From Eledone cirrhosa (Eukaryota), in the NCBI GenBank assembly GCA_964016885.1, contig OZ024740.1:187488001-187552000 (forward strand): a stretch of 64,000 nt of DNA. Direction: 5' to 3'. Position 1 is the first letter of the stretch. Each line of letters begins with the position of its first letter. The notes under the pieces were generated by a model, which had not been told where the DNA came from, searched no databases, and saw nothing but the letters and a program-made list of their open reading frames with translations. A program made the position numbers and the translations under genes. Below, in pieces: positions 13,801 to 26,852 of the stretch.

Positions 13801-14744
13801 CCATCTGACTCTGTCAAATGCACAAGAGATTGTTCAATTGGAGAATCAAAATGACTGTTACATACAATATTCTGAAGTAGTTCTATACTTCTGAATTTTC
13901 TATTGGTTCTTTGTAATAATATTGTTGTTGATTTTATTAGATTATTTTTTGTTGTTGTTGTAGTTTTATTCTTTTGTTTACTTCTAACTATGATATTCAA
14001 TAACAATAGCTTTGTAGTCCAGAAAATGATTTCAATTCTGTCCTTTCCATAATATTATATTTCATTCTATTATAAAATAATACTTCCCATGTTTCATGAT
14101 AACTAAGTCATTTTTGAGAGTATGTGTATGTGTGTGTGCATATGTATGCAGATGTGTGTAGATACATGTATGGGTACATACATGTTGATATACTTACAAC
14201 ACTGCATAGATACTTGCTTGTGTGTGTGTATATATATATATGAATCTGAATGTGTATTTCTGTATGTAAATTAGTTTATTAGTGTATAGGTTTTACATAT
14301 TGTATACTATATATATGTGTACATGGTTGTTGCTACATGGTGCCAGGACATTGGCACTCTTTAAAATGCAATCAGCGACCTTTGTTGATGTCCTGCATAC
14401 ACAATATATTCTGTTCATTCACCTACTGACTATTCACCTAAAACAATGGAGTTATGTGTACTATATTTCTGTATGTATCATCATCATTATTCACTATCCA
14501 TTTTTCCAAGCTGGCATTGGTTTTATATATATATATATATAGTAGTATAAGTTTGGTGGAAATATCCAAGGGTCCATATAAAACTCAGCCTGCTATATAA
14601 AAAATGGCTACTACTATGGTTAAAAAACATTATATTGCAGGCTGAATGAGTTGGTGTGTATAGCCCAACGAAACTTAAGTACCTGTATAAGTCAATGTTG
14701 TAACTAATTATATATATATATGTATGTATGTATATATATGTATA

Positions 14745-14946
14745 TAGGGTGTTTCAAAAAATTAGATATAATTTGAGTTGCGAATATTCCAGAAACTACA
14801 AAGTCTAGGATAAAGACACTGGGCAGGCTTAATGTTGAACAAGTTAAAATTTATTCCTCAAAATTAAAACACTAATTCCACATATATAGTTGCAGCTTCT
14901 GGGATATTTACATCTCAAATGATGTCTAATTTTTTAAAATATCCTG
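14745..14946. mobile_element. Tc1/mariner-type MITE in TA context
   Basis: Imperfect TIRs tagggtgtttcaaaaaattag / ctaattttttaaaatatcctg, flanked by TA. Confidence 0.6.
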
Positions 14947-14977
<31 letters not shown>

Positions 14978-15332
14978 CAGAAAGAGTTGAGGCCTGACAG
15001 CTGAGCTCTTGCTATTTCAACAGCTAGTTCCAGACTGTCTGTCTGGAACTAGTTCTCGAAATGTAAGAGCTCGGGAATTGGGCTCCAACTCTTTCTAATA
15101 TAATCACACTCTACTATTACAAGTGTTGCATACTCTGTTGAATAATTGTTTAGCTACTTTAACACTGGTTTAATCCTGATGTATATACACATAAATGTTT
15201 CTTTGTGACATTGAAAACACAACAGTTCTGTCGTCTTCTTTTTGTAATATCTATAAATGTCCACCTGTCTGTTTACTTCTTTCTCTTTCCCTCCCTGCAA
15301 CAAGTAAACTGTATATGTGTCGGCTGTCTAAG

Positions 15333-15379
15333 TCTCTCTCTCTCTCTCTCTCACTCTCTCTCTCTCTCTCTTTCTCTCT

Positions 15380-15422
<43 letters not shown>

Positions 15423-15561
15423 AAATGGCTTCTACAGGACTAGAACTGTTTCATTCGGGAGAAATCATCAGGAAGTCCTGATATATATATATATTTTTTC
15501 TTCTTCTTCTTTGCCCACTTATCCCTGAGAGGGTCGTGGGGATATATATATATACATGTAT

Positions 15562-15633
<72 letters not shown>

Positions 15634-15664
15634 GGGGGGAGAGAGAGAGAGAGAGGGGGAGAGA

Positions 15665-15746
<82 letters not shown>
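15333..15746. repeat. Compound microsatellites (CT)n, (TA)n, (CA)n, (GA)n
   Basis: Directly visible dinucleotide runs. Confidence 0.95.
15428..15476 (-). ncRNA. Minimal type I hammerhead motif in a solo ~60-bp cassette between (TA)n tracts
   Basis: Minus strand reads cttc-CTGATGA-t ttc tccc gaa t-GAAA-cag ttctagtc ctg-TA-gaag. Confidence 0.7.
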
Positions 15747-15748
<2 letters not shown>

Positions 15749-16544
15749 TTTGTATATGTTTGTTATTGTTTACAGTGTGATATTTCTTCTTGATGTTTTC
15801 ACTTCAAAATTTTGATAAAGTTAGGTTAAGAAATTGAAAATTAACTATTTTTTTAACCAGAATAAATATAAGAATGAATTCACTGAACAGTAAAGTGTTG
15901 AATTAATAGTAATTTCCTTTACAGAATTATAAACTAAATCTTTAAGGAAAGATATTTAGCAATAAGAATGTGTTTTAGATTTTAGATTCATATGTAATCT
16001 TTGTGAACCTATTATTTTATTCTCTTTTTATAAATATTCATTATAACTTATAACTATAATTCTTGAAAGTAAATTGTCTGTGAAAATTCTGTGATCGATT
16101 CTTTTGTGTTCCCATTCAGTTGTTATTTTTTAGAATGCTCCATATTTTCTAAGCTAGTATAACATATACACATGGTTTTTCAAATTTGCTGATTAATTCT
16201 TTACTTTGAGGTTTTCTTTCTCTCTTTCTTTCTCTTTGCATTTCTTCAGACAAATATATTCATATCTTTGTTGGCTGAAAGAATGCACATAAGTGTGGCA
16301 TTTATTACAAATATGGAATACTTTTATTTCATTTGAATACACACACACCTATAGGTATATATTTATGCACTATTTTACTAGTTCCAGTATTAACACGGTA
16401 GTACTTATTTCTTGAAGTCTGCTTTGTATTTTATCGATCACTTCTGTACAAGTGTACAATCACTAAGTTATAGGGCAAAAACAAACAGTTAACATATATT
16501 AGCAGGGATAATGAACGTTAAATGATTATAATTGTTTCTACTGT

Positions 16545-16710
16545 TGGCACAAGGCCAGCAATTATCCCAGTGTATTACTGGTACCTTATTTTATCGATCT
16601 CATAAGGATGAAAGGCAAAGTTAACCTCGGCGGGATTTGAACTCAGATCATATAAGGCCGTAGCTCTTTGCTGCAAAGCATAGCGTCCGACCCTCTACCG
16701 ATATTCCATA
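16545..16710 (-). mobile_element. tRNA-derived SINE with Deu/Nin-like middle domain
   Basis: Reverse complement has B box gagttcaaatcc and gcctttcatcctt..gatcgataaaataaggtaccag. Same family as 33832-33975. Confidence 0.75.
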
Positions 16711-16754
16711 TATACATATATATCAAAATGAAAATCCGAAAGCAAGGTAAAATT

Positions 16755-16850
16755 CCAATCATTTAATCACGTCACATGTTTCAATAAGAGATAGATCGAT
16801 TGTGAAGCCATGATCGATTATCACTGATCTCATCAGGTGAAAATGAATTG
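16755..16850 (-). ncRNA. Degenerate hammerhead motif in the inverted pLTR of PLE1
   Basis: caattcattttcac-CTGATGA-[hairpin with atcgat arms]-GAAA-catgtg-AC-gtgattaaatgattg. The cleavage triplet reads GAC rather than GTC. Confidence 0.55.
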
Positions 16851-18159
16851 TCTTCAAATTCTTGATTTGAGGGAGAAAAAATAACGATGTTCTCTCACAG
16901 AATTCATTCCCTCATATGAAGACACACCATTCAGAGACACGGCGACTGCTATTAACTTCAGTTGAGGTCATAAAAGTTGTCAGATTTCTATTGCTGCAAA
17001 AGACGCTGGACATCAATCAAATCTGTAGGGATATAGTCGGTCACAGTTAATGTGAGTGGGTACACACACATTCCACACCCACATACACCGGCTCGAGGTC
17101 AAAGAAAAATATATACATATATATACACACATCAACACAGTATCAAACCTGTAGAATTATAGAAGGTCACAGTTAGTGTGGGTGGGTACACACACACTCT
17201 CACACACACCGAAGCGTTGTCAGAAAAAAAACAAATAGAAGAAAACAAATATAAGAATGTACGAACACAGCATTCACAACATTCACTATATTGGTCAAAT
17301 CTCAATTTGACGATGTAAATTGGAAATATTGGGTGAACCAACGCCCCATACACACACACACACAAACACACGCACACACACACAGGCAAGTAAGTTCAGT
17401 TCAGTGTTCTGCTATACGTGTATAGATTGAATTGTAACATCCATATCTTTAAGTGTATGTTATGGTATATACACATCCGAATCGCCCCAAAAAGGGTATG
17501 TCTGGGTATATACACATCCATGTGAAGAGCAAGCAATCAGCTCATATCGAACTCAGTTTGTACCGCTGTCCCATTGAGAATCCGAGTCACAAAATCCGTG
17601 CGTGGAAGCAACCGCAATGTAGGCCAGCAAGGCGCTCCGTGTAGGGTTGGGTATTGGGTAAATGCGTCAGTAAGTGTGATCTCCCGTCATATGGGCCAAT
17701 GAGCTTTTAAGATAGTTGTTTGAGTGGTGGAGGTGTGTTATCCAACACAGAAGGTGAAGCAAAAAAACACAGGATAGTAAAATCCAGAGGATGTGTGTAG
17801 GCCCATTAATGGTGTGTAAGTATTATTGTTCAATCCGTAACAGTGAGTCCTCCATGGTTAGATGATCACGGATCAAAACCTAGTGTAGTGTTCATTCGGT
17901 AGGAACGTGACAGTCGTAATTGTGGGAGCTCAATGTCTAAAGGAAACGGGTACTGTGTGTAGAGTTATGTATAGAGAGCGTAATCGGTCCTAACTAAGTG
18001 TGTAATAAGACTAGCTATATCCCAACTGAGAGAACTCAGTGGTTAGGGTATCTTAAAGTAAAGGTAGATGCGCGTAATCGGTCATGCTTGAGTGTGCAAT
18101 CAATTACTAACTATTCTAAGTGTGTAATCAATCTAACTATTTACTAGCTAGGTATTCTA

Positions 18160-20448
18160 GGGCCAACCTGGATTTAATTAACACGGAGGCCAATAGCGTC
18201 ATGACTAAACTGGGTATTGAGGATAAAACCGATCGCTTCCATCCTAGAACTCCGAGGATTTTGCTGAAAGACCACAAATTGGACTTTGAATCGTCAAGAC
18301 CTATCAGGCTGATAGCTCCTTCGAAGTCGGACATAGGAATCGTAATTAAAAACATCCATGATAAAATAATCCCCACTCTAGTTAGGAGATCGAAGCTCAA
18401 ATTGTGGTCAGGAACTAGTGAGGTAATTAACTGGTTTGAGAAATCGCAGAATAAGAATAGCACTAAATTTATACATTTCGATATCTCTAATTACTACTCT
18501 TCAATCTCTCCAACTCTTCTAGGTAGGGCCCTTAACTTTGCTAGCTTACACACGGACCTTACATCCCAAGAAATTAACATTATTCTCCTAGCTAGGAAAA
18601 CCTTAATTGAATTCAACGGTGACCTGTGGACCAGGAAGGATTGGCCAGACAATTTCGACATCACCCTGGGATCCACGGACTCGGCCCAGATGACGGATCT
18701 GGTGGGCCTTTACCTCCTTGACTGTCTCGGAGTGGAAATGCCCCACTTGGGAGGCGGCGATTACCGCGACGACGTTTTGTTTACTGTGTCCTTACATAAT
18801 AATAGTATGGTAGAGAAGGTGAGGAAAAAAACGTAGCTAATTGTTCAAGAACATAGACCTAAGTATAGTATTTGAAGAGAACTTAAATATAGTTAATTTT
18901 CTAGATGTTACACTTAACCTCAATTCAGGACTCTTCCAACCCTACCACAAACCCAACGAGAATTTAAACTATGTCAACGAAAAATCGAACCACCCTAGAA
19001 TAGTCACTAACGGTATTACAAAAAGCGTCTCTAGTAGAATTTCAGGACTATCTTCCAATGAAGATACCTTTAATCAGATCTCGAATTACTATAATAGCGC
19101 CCTGGAACGCGCGAGGCATAGCGAGGGAATCTCATTCAAACGTCCATTAAATAGTAGAAGCAACATTGCTGCGATAGCTTAGGACTAAATAGTGACACTC
19201 TAGTTAACATCAGGCGTGATACGAGGGAGGATTTATATAGACTTCATTTTGTATTGCCGCCTAGTCGCAATGCTATTGGTACCAATAGAAACAACCACCC
19301 AGGTACTAACACGGGGTCTGAGCAACGTAACGCCAGCGGAAACTCTAATGGTAACCTTAATTATGGAACTGTTAAAACTACCGTTGAACGCAGTATGGAA
19401 TAAGGGTCGAGTAAGGGGAATAGGGACAGGTGTAACAGACGCATGGTGGATATAACCCCGGCTATCGAGGGTAATCCTAATGGCCGCACGGGGGGTACAC
19501 CGCCCTGGAGACTTGGGACGATTCTGAACACAATCGTGACACCCCAGGACACCATCGACCCACAGGCAATTTCCAGTTACAATAGCTCAGTAACTACTAG
19601 GGAGACAGGTAACTCTAATATAGTTAGAAAGAACAAGAGGCATCGGAGCAGAAAAGTCCTGTGGTATAATCTCCCTTACTCCACTGGCCTGACCACTAGT
19701 ATAGCTAAGCTTTTCTTTAGGGCCTTAGACAAATGCTTCCCTAGATCGCACATATATTATAAAATATTCAATAGGAATACCATCAAGCTGTCCTACTCCA
19801 CTCAGAATATAGCTAAGATGAATTATAGTAGACTTAGGACAGCGCAAGAGGGAATTAGGCATGGCAGGAACAATGGAAGCTCTATGGAGGAACTGACTCA
19901 TACACGTGAGGCGAGTCGGGTCTCCACAACCCCAGGGAATTTACCCATAGAGAAGACAGGAACTGAGACCCGACCCCAAAGGTACCGTGGTCCATCTGGA
20001 ACTACCCAGGTCGATAGCAAAAAATGTAACTGCAGAAGCACTGCCACCTGCCCCATGGATGGGAAATGCCTTACCAAAAACATAGTCTACGACTGTAAGG
20101 TCTCCACTCCTGATAGAACCTTTAGGTATGTTGGGGAAACTCCCACAGAATTTAAGGATGGATGGTATGATCGCCACCATACCTTTAATAGATTAGATAA
20201 AAAATAGCACGGCACTTTCTGAATTGGTCTGGAAGCTTAAACATCAGAATATAGAGCACTCCTTATCCTGGTCCATAGTTTGCTCAGCCCAAACTTATAA
20301 CGGCAGCACTGGTGTCTGCAATTTATGTATAGCTGAAACCTTTAATACTATTAGAGGCGGCCCCCTATTAATTAATAGCAGCGTAGATTTTTTCAGCAAC
20401 TGCCAACATAGAACCTCGAAAACCTTCCGCAGGATTTTTGGAAGGTAA
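18160..20448 (+). pseudogene. PLE1 ORF (frameshifted): RT, Cys-rich linker, GIY-YIG endonuclease
   Basis: KDHK..RLI.P.KS.IG, FIHFDISNYYSSI, FDITLGS.DSAQ, YRDD, VNFLDVTL, SNHP, CNCR...CPMDGKCL, NIVY..YVGET, CNLC..E. Confidence 0.9.
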
Positions 20449-21079
20449 CCTACCACTAACTCCTCCCACTCTACTTTAGCCATAGAATTTTCTCAATAAA
20501 CAGACAGTCACACACTCAGGTAGTTAGACGGCTAAGATTGTTTGCGCACTTACAAACGATACTCGGCCTGTTTCCATGGAGTTCTCACAGCTGAGTGCAC
20601 TTTTTTTAGAATATCTAGCTAGTAAATAGTTAGATTGATTACACACTTAGAATACCTAGTTAGTAATTAATTGCACATTCAAGCATGACCGATTACGCGC
20701 ACCTACCTTTACTTTAAGATACCCTAACCATTGAGTCCTCTCAGTTGGGATATAGCTAGTCGTATTACACACTTAGTTAGGACCGATTACGCTCTCTATA
20801 CATAACTCTACACACAGTACCCGTTTCCTTTAGACATTGAGCTCCCACAATTACGACTGTCACGTTCCTACCGAATGAACACTACACTAGGTTTTGATCC
20901 GTGATCATCTAACCATGGAGGACTCACTGTTACGGATTGAACAATAATACTTACACACCATTAATGGGCCTACACACATCCTCTGGATTTTACTATCCTG
21001 TGTTTTTCTATCATAATGGAATGTCCTCCATCTCACTCTATTGATAAATGAATTTACACTGTTGATCAGCAATTTCTCA

Positions 21080-22894
21080 TATGTATTCCTGGATAAAATC
21101 ATCCCACAAATTAAACACAAGATACACCTTAAACAATGGGGAAATACGGGTGAAGTGATTGAATGGTTCAAGGATATCAAGAATAATAAGAACAAAAAAT
21201 TTATTCAATTTGATATCAATTCATACTACACCTCTATTTCCCCTATCCTATTAAATAAGGCACTTATCATGGCCATGAGCAATAGCGACCTGACTAGAGC
21301 CCAGGTTGATGTCATCCTTGCGGCCCGTAAAACCATAATCACCTTCGAGGACCAACTATGGACACGCAAGGATACGCACAACAACTTCGACATAACCATG
21401 GGATCTAGTGACTCGGCGCAGGTCACTGATTTGGTCGGCCTATACCTCCTCAATGGAATCCATAAGGACCTCCCTTACCTCAACGGTGGTTTGTACCGCG
21501 ATGATGCACTTCTACTTATAGAATATAAAAAATTTAATATAGAAAGAACTAGATAGCAATTGCATAAGACATTCAAAAACTTTAACCTTAGTATCACCAT
21601 GGACAAAAACACTAAAAATGTTAACTTCCTAGACGCCACACTATACCTAGACTCAAAAATATATACACCTTTCCATAAGCCTAACGAGAAACTTATTTAC
21701 GTAGATACCAAGTCTAATCACCCTAGATCAATATTAAACTCTATCTCTAAGGGGGTGTCCAATAGAATCTCTAGACTGTCCTATGACGCAAACATATTTA
21801 GCAAAAACTCACAATATTACAATCAAGCATTAGCTAGCTCCGGCCATAATATAGAAATTGAGTTCCTACCTAAGAAAACACATAGCTACAACATCATCTC
21901 GCACAACATGTCCATGAGGAAACATAATAATAGGAATAGCAACCACAAGCGCACCAAAGCGGAGGGTGCCACCGGAAGTAACCATTACCATGGAAACTAC
22001 TGTGGGGCCTTAGGAGGAAGCAACACACCAAACACTAAAAGCAAAAATAGAAGAAGAAATAATACATTTTTCAACCCTCCTTTCAACCTAAATGTCTCCA
22101 CCAACATACCTAGGGCTTTCTTCTCACTACTAGATAAAAACTTCCCTCTAGGACACAAGTACCACAACCTCTTAAACAAAAACACCATTAAAATCTCATA
22201 CTCTACGACGCCTAACTTAGCATACCACATAGCTAGCAGCAATAATAGTAAAATTAGTTCTTACTTCCAACAAACAAAATCACAACGGGATGCAAACCCT
22301 CTAAATACCACTGTAGCAAGCAACCATAGCAACGGCAGTAACAATAGAAATAACACTAGTATAAGTAATAACACCAGGGTTGTCAACCCGAACACTCAAA
22401 ATCCTATAGCTACCACACAGACCTCCGTACTGCATTATAACCAGCGGACTAACGCACAGGATAATTGTAACTGTAGAGCTAATAGAACCTGCCCTTTAGA
22501 TAAAAAATGCCTAACCAAGGATATCATATACTCATGCACCGTCACAACTAGCAACTCTTCAGAAACCTATGTAGACTCCACTTCTAACTGCTTCAAAATC
22601 AGATATAATTCGCACATCCACTCGTTCAAAAAGCACAGCCTAGCAAACTCCACCTCACTTTCTAGCTACATACACTATCTAAAATCTAAAAATAAACCAT
22701 ACACACTCAAATGGGAAGTGATAGGCAGCGCGACCTCGTACAAACCACCTAATAAATTTTGTAACCTCTGTATACTAGAGACACACAATATTATCTTCTC
22801 CAACCGTAACCTACTTAACAAAAAATCTGAGGTATTTGCAACTTGCCAGCACCGCTTCAGACATTCCTTCCAAAACTTTAAGCCCAATATATAG
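21080..22894 (+). pseudogene. PLE2 ORF with a single in-frame TAG (21554-21556)
   Basis: QWGNT.EVIEWF, FIQFDINSYYTSI, GGLYRDD, NFLD, FFNPPF, CNCR...CPLDKKCL, DIIY..TYVDST, CNLC..E. The two annotated ORFs are in the same frame. Confidence 0.9.
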
Positions 22895-24335
22895 CAATGT
22901 CGGACTGGAACCTAACACCACATCTAGCATCAAACACCAGAGACACACCTTATACTACATACCCAACACTAACTGATCTATTATAACACAAACAACGACA
23001 TCCCTCCGGAACCCTTCGCAGGGAGAATACCCATTTATACCTCTACGGCAGGTGTGACAACATCCACCCACTTGAACGGCACTACACCGCTCTGGGGGTA
23101 ATTTGAGCATGAATTGATCGGTTGGATAGTGTTGTGCAGAGGAAATACCTTCCTTAGACAAATGAAAACTGTTTTAATCTAGTAACGCTGTTGACCAGTA
23201 GGACCGGGCTGCTGAGCGCAGTGAGTGAATGCATTGCAACAGCCGTGCGGGTTGTACATATATGGATGATCTGACGGTCAGAGAGGGGTCGCGAGGACTG
23301 CGGATTGACCTCTGGCCGGCCTGGGGATGATTATCTCTCGACATCCAATGTAGCAAGCGATGACCCAGATCTTACCAGAGATCATTGGGTCCTGAAGCAA
23401 TCCTGCAATCACCGCGCCTAGTCCTATGAGTAGACTACGACCACAGAGATCATTATTTGGAATCCTCGCTCACCATCTATAATTTCCATTTGTGGCACCT
23501 TACGATGGGTTAATCCACCATAATAATATGATCACCTTCAGTATAACTTAATTAAACTACTCTATAGTTAATACACTTTATGCTTTAAAAATTTCTCTTG
23601 GGGGATGCGCATCACCATAGAAATTAAGGTCTATATTGGGACACATTTTAATAGCTAGGTATAGAAACCCCAGAGTTACCTCCCCGCATGCATTAACTCC
23701 CCTTATCCACACACACACTTCCGGGCGGTATTCAATGGCGTTTCTCGAAACGGAACAGCCTCCTGTATTGAACTAAAGAACACCAGACTACGATCTCTAA
23801 CTGGATTGTCGTGGATTATGCGAAGGGCATATAATCGATAAATACACTCCCCTGACCATGAAAATGCCGAAGTACATGAAATACTTGACTTCCCTGCGCT
23901 GTGCATCTCCAATACTTTTAACACTTTTAATGCTTGCACTATTTTTAATGCTTATAATATTTCTCGACACACAGACTATATCAATCATATAAAGAATTTG
24001 CCACCAGATCTACCAACCTAACACTCTTGTTTACCTACCTAAGTGCCTCTACCACACATATCTCTCTGCCACACTATATAAACAAGACGCACATGCGTGC
24101 CACACATATAACATTTGCACTATATAACCGCTTATCTTCATGTTGTATTTTAACCTGTATTTTGATTTTTGATTGTACCTCTTAATATAAATGTAATCTC
24201 GAAGTGTATACTGCCACTCTAAATTCTGTAATGAATGTTGACCCACAATGTTTGAATATGTATCAATGTTTGAATATGTATCGGTATGTCTCTCGGCTGA
24301 AAAGGAGGTCATATAACTGTCCATGCATTAATAAA

Positions 24336-24385
24336 TTGCTCCGAAGAATCCAAACCTCGGTTAGGAGGAAACAGCTGTAAGCACA
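24336..24385 (+). ncRNA. Minimal type I hammerhead in the PLE2 pLTR (U4C core variant)
   Basis: tgct-CCGAAGA-a tcc a aacc tc ggtt a gga g-GAAA-cagctg-TA-agca. Confidence 0.7.
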
Positions 24386-24584
24386 ATAATGTTTTGAACA
24401 GTTCTTTGATTCTTATATTTCATATAACTGCTCTGTAAATCATCTGATGTTTTTACATTGAGCTACTTTACTTACTGGTAATAAGGTAGTAATACATTTC
24501 TGCCTACCACTATTTAGGGTGTGTGTAAAATACTTATAACTGCATAAGGTTTTGTATTTACATAACCATAAATAGTATAACTAA

Positions 24585-24639
<55 letters not shown>

Positions 24640-24735
24640 CATACATGATGGCTGCCCCCTCGTTATCGAGTATGGCCATTGCACAATAAAAAAAAAAAAA
24701 AAACAAAAAAACAAAAAAAAAACAAAAAAAAAAAA

Positions 24736-24790
<55 letters not shown>

Positions 24791-26500
24791 GCAATAATAA
24801 TAATAACGACAACAACAATAATAATATACATATTCATATATATATACACACACACGCACGCACATAAGCATATCTACACACACACACACACACAAACACA
24901 CGATAGCAACTAACAGTGCTGCGATCGAATGTGGCTTTTTAGCCCAGCCAATGATCCAAAATGTCTTGCACAGAGTCGGCAACCAAAACATTTACTGGGA
25001 ATAGTCGGCTGTGGTTGGAGTTCGTGTACTTTTGCATGTCGCTTGAGTCCTCCTGCTGATTTACATTCTCTACCACATGTTTGGCAAGCATGATGAGTAG
25101 CATCTCCAACAGCAGCCTGGTAGTCAACCACTGGTCTTACTTTATGACTGCGAAGATGACTTTCGAGTCCAGCTTTGCTTAGGCAGAGTCTCGCACAGAC
25201 GCTGCATGTCAGAAACATAGGAGGACCCTCGCCGTCTGGAAGTGCAACAGCAATACCCTTCCTCACGTCCCGCTTTACTTTCTCGTGTGCGATTCGAGAT
25301 GCCTCAAAGGCAACTTTTCCCTCATATACAGTCTTTCTCCATTTATTACGATCAGCAGCAATATTTTCCCATGTATCAGCAGAGATGTTAGCGTCTTTCA
25401 GAGAGGCCTTCAAGGAATCCTTATACCTCTTTTTTGGTTTATGTGGCGGTCGTTTTCCTTTAACCAACTCTCCATAGAAGAGTTGTTTTGGTATTCTAGA
25501 ATCCTTCATCCTGGCAAGGTGACCACTCCAACGGAGTCGCTGCTTAAGCACAAGAGCTTCTATACTGTCACACATAGAGCTTTCCAAAATCTCGACATCA
25601 CTGATGTGGTCCCTCCAGCGAACGCCATGTATCCGTCTGAGACACATCTGATGGAAACGCTCCAATTGCTTAAGGTGGCGTCGATATGTGACCCAGGTCT
25701 CGCAGGCATAAAGAAGACAAGAGAGTACACATGCCCTGTACACCTTTACCTTTGTCCTCCTGCATATGTCTCGCCGACCCCAGAGTCGCCTTTCTAGCTT
25801 TCCGAAAGCATCACTTGCTTTCCTAATCCTAAGTGAGATTTCACTGTCAAGGTTGCCGTATCGATTGACAGTGCTTCCCAGGTAGACAAACTGATCAACC
25901 ACTCCAAGTCGTTTGCCATACACATAGATGTTTGGTTCAGTGTACTGCCTACCAGGTGCAGGTTGGTACATGACGACGGTTTTCTTGAGACTGACAGTCA
26001 AACCCAGGGCAGTGCAAGCGCCAGAAAATACATTCAAAATGTGCTGCATATCACTCTCTGTGTGCGCTACAAGATCGCAATCATCTGCATACAAGAGGTC
26101 TCTTATGACTGATGTAAATACTTTTGTCTTCGCAGCAAAGCGCCTGATGTTAAATATGCTGCCTGAGGTTCGATATCGGATGTAAACACCATGCTCGCAA
26201 TCCCTGAATGCAACACAGAAAACCATTGCAAAGTATATGGCAAACAGGGTCGGTGCTGGAATATCCCCCTGTTTCACTCCATTTTTTACTGAGATAGGCT
26301 CCGACATGTTACCTCCGACATTAACCCAAGCCTTCATGTCGTCATGGAAAGACCTAACTAAAGCAAGGAACTTATCAGGGCAACCAAGTTTCTGGAGAAC
26401 CTTCCATAATGCATCTCTGTTGACAGTATCGAAAGCCTTTGTCAGATCGACAAAAACCTGATACAGATCCAAGCCCTGTTCAATGCACTTCTCCTGGAGC
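24640..26500 (-). mobile_element. 5'-truncated RTE (BovB-like) LINE with uninterrupted ORF remnant and microsatellite-laden 3'UTR
   Basis: ORF at 24910-26514 and terminal stem-loop ctcg-ataa-cgag before ggcagccatcatgtatgt. Confidence 0.9.
24910..26500 (-). CDS. RTE reverse transcriptase with three C-terminal C2H2 zinc fingers (5'-truncated)
   Basis: FVDLTKAFD, GVKQG, LLYADD, FVYLGS, RLRWSGH; fingers CSVC..H..H, CQTC..H..H and CRLC..H...H. The predicted start MYVY is microsatellite-derived. Confidence 0.9.
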
Positions 26501-26508
26501 ATATATAC

Positions 26509-26545
<37 letters not shown>

Positions 26546-26716
26546 GATAGATAAGTCTACCAAAATATACGGTAGTGTCCAATCCGTATGAAGAACTCAA
26601 TGTAATCCAAATATAGAAGATATCATTACAAGTGAAGATACATTCAAAAATTTACGATATAAATCAAGGGGAACAGAATCAAGATAAATTACTTTGTTTT
26701 TTTCAGTAAACACATC

Positions 26717-26852
26717 TCATCATTTCTGAGGACGGCATGTATATGTGAAGGTATGTATATTTCCCCTGATAATTTGTAATATTTTTACATAGATCTATAT
26801 GATATACATACCCACACACATATACATCCCAGAAACGATCGTAAAATGATGA
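26717..26852 (+). ncRNA. Type I hammerhead with 9-bp stem I and ~100-nt stem II
   Basis: tcatcattt-CTGAGGA-[cggcatgtatatgtg..ggtatgtatat / atatacatacc..cacatatacatccca]-GAAA-cgatcg-TA-aaatgatga. Confidence 0.75.

Larger units (their letters stand above)
16724..21007 (+). mobile_element. Penelope-like element 1 (RT + GIY-YIG), 5'-truncated, with inverted 3'UTR/pLTR upstream
   Basis: Coding remnants at 18160-20448. 17763-18159 is the reverse complement of 20607-21007. The left boundary near 16724 is inferred from the HHR-like motif and a (TA) junction. Confidence 0.8.
21008..24587 (+). mobile_element. Penelope-like element 2, 5'-truncated, joined to the 3'UTR of PLE1; ~1.7-kb 3' region ends in (TA)n
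   Basis: RT/GIY-YIG ORFs at 21041-22894, HHR at 24336 and (TA)n from ~24588. Confidence 0.8.

Noticed and set aside
2350-14006. Short candidate host exons on the minus strand (~2365-2415, ~3070-3100, ~4150-4310, ~12660-12850, ~13710-13760)
   Set aside because: Splice-like signals are present, but no coherent frame or recognisable protein.
18120-22894. Selenocysteine recoding as in Naiad PLEs
   Set aside because: The interruptions I checked are TAG stops or frameshifts rather than TGA at Cys positions, and the endonuclease is C-terminal.
23310-23390. ggccggc-starting segment resembling an HDV ribozyme
   Set aside because: No complementary P1 3' strand found.
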